NCBI GenBank assembly: GCA_000004695.1
Contig: CM000150.2
Span: 3,872,001 to 3,936,000 of the forward strand
Reading direction: 5' to 3'
DNA from: Dictyostelium discoideum
Taxonomy: Eukaryota
Length of the DNA: 64,000 nt
A model generated the notes under the pieces. That model worked only from the letters and a program-made list of their open reading frames with translations. It was not told where the DNA came from and did not search any database. The translations under genes and the position numbers were made by a program. Of this stretch, positions 60,637 to 64,000 are shown one piece after another (the first letter of the stretch is position 1; each line of letters starts with the position of its first letter).

Positions 60637-61662
60637 ATGATTGGATTTTTGATAAAGAAATTAAAAAAATTTGAAAAATCAATAAATAACTCCAATAATA
60701 TTATTGATCAAGATTTATTTAATTTAATAAAAATGTTTTTCATTTGGAATTTTACAAGATGATGAAAAAAGTAGAATTGTAGTAGAGGATTTATTTAAAA
60801 TGGCAATTTATTGTTTTCCATTATTAGTTGATCAAGAACAATTAAATTTAATTGGTGAAATTATTATGGGGTTTTCTATTAGATGATATTTTTGAAGAGG
60901 TTCCAATCATTAGAAAACAATATGAAATTCAACAATTAATTTGGTTATTTGGTCAATCCAATGAAATTTGCTCACAATTTGATAAATGGGCAATTGAATT
61001 AAGGAATACAATTCAAAACTATTGTGGTGATAATAAAATCCTTTTCAATAGATTCATAAATTCTGGTATTACAACCATTGAAGGTACTCTTTCATTTCAT
61101 AATATTAATTATTCATCAATTTATCAATTGGATAATTATATAAATATTCGTATTCAAAATAGTTCAGTTGGATTTTTAAATAATTTTAATCATCTTTTTA
61201 TTTTAAAATCACTTCCTACAAGTATGATCCTATTTTAGAGAAAATGGAAAAAATTCAATCTTTATTACTTGGTTTAATAAATGATCTCTATAGTTTTAAA
61301 AAAGAAGTTTTATTAAATGAAGAAAAGAAAAATATAATTTATTTATTTTCAAATGAAAAACCAAAACACCAACAACAAAAACCACAACCACAACAAAAAG
61401 AAAAAGAAAATAATCAAGATGACCAAAAAATTAAAAAGTTTATGATTTAATAAATGATTACATTTCAACTTATAAATTTTTAGAAATAAAAGTTAAAGAA
61501 AAATATATTCATACTTTTAAATTAAAATCTCAAGAAATTGAATTTATTAAAGTTATAAATTCTCAAAAATATTTAATTTATGGTTCCATAAAGTATTCAA
61601 TAGAAAGTAGAAGATATAATTGTAAAGAATTAAATCAATTATTATATAAATTTAAAAACTAA
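60637..61662 (+). pseudogene. Terpene synthase (class I, microbial-type)-like pseudogene. Reading continuity is broken by at least three frameshifts and in-frame stops.
   Basis: Successive frames encode MIGFLIKKLKKFEKSINNSNNIIDQDLFNLIKMFFIWNFTR*, then ..RIVVEDLFKMAIYCFPLLVDQEQLNLIGEIIMGFSIR*, then ..LLWGFLLDDIFEEVPIIRKQYEIQQLIWLFGQSNEICSQFDKWAIELRNTIQNY.. (DDxxE metal-binding motif LLDDIFEE), then MEKIQSLLLGLINDLYSFKKEVLLNEEKKNIIYLF.. (NDxxSxxxE, the NSE triad), then ..KFLEIKVKEKYIH..YNCKELNQLLYKFKN*. The total span of about 340 codons equals one TPS gene. The frame breaks have no GT..AG intron of plausible size. Confidence 0.5.
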
Positions 61663-61754
61663 ATTAAATTAAAATAAAAAATTATAATAATTATAATAAT
61701 AATAATATTGTTTAAATAAATTATTTTTTTATTTTTATTGATTATTTATTTTGT

Positions 61755-61785
<31 letters not shown>

Positions 61786-61817
61786 CCAATACTATCACTC
61801 TATTACTATTATTAATT

Positions 61818-61870
<53 letters not shown>

Positions 61871-61878
61871 TTATTGTC

Positions 61879-64000
<2,122 letters not shown>

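Overview
This window reads as gene-dense nuclear DNA from a Dictyostelium-type social amoeba, not a prokaryote. It is about 78% AT. It carries homopolymer runs and long (AAT)n/(ATT)n/(TTA)n microsatellites that code poly-Asn, poly-Gln and poly-Ser/Thr tracts. Introns are short, AT-rich and GT..AG (mostly GTAAGT). The supplied ORF track prints GTG/TTG starts as M and shows most genes only as exon fragments, so the gene models here were built by hand from splice signals and homology. About 27 protein-coding genes are present (listed with partial-window notes in parentheses). They are an XRN2/Rat1-type 5'-3' exoribonuclease (3' end runs off the window), Vps18, an RBM25-like RRM+PWI protein, a universal stress protein, an ABM-domain protein, an ankyrin+VPS9 protein, ARPC4/arcD with an ATG-only first exon, UAP56/Sub2, a 2044-aa RCC1+DH+RasGAP protein, two tandem divergent oxysterol-binding-protein paralogs, a stomatin-like protein, Sec22, a TMEM53/DUF829-like protein, MPDU1, a UPF0390 small protein, transportin, phosphoserine aminotransferase, two ankyrin proteins, a 7-repeat Cys-rich secreted protein that is probably GPI-anchored, and an Asn/Gln/His-rich low-complexity protein (5' end runs off the window). 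The 54.7-59.7 kb segment is a nest of mobile-element debris. It holds a tRNA-Val(CAC) gene, a 5'-truncated tRNA-targeted non-LTR retrotransposon with a 66-nt poly(A) tail about 48 bp downstream of that tRNA, a duplicated tRNA 5' fragment, a C-module-like remnant with poly(A) upstream of the tRNA, a nested-palindrome element, and a BED-zinc-finger-like gene interrupted by an in-frame TAG. At 60.6-61.7 kb there is a terpene-synthase-like pseudogene with intact DDxxE and NDxxSxxxE motifs but at least three frameshifts and in-frame stops. No CRISPR, operon or prokaryotic defence-system structure is present. Coordinates derived from my reading of the printed sequence may be off by 1-2 bp in places.
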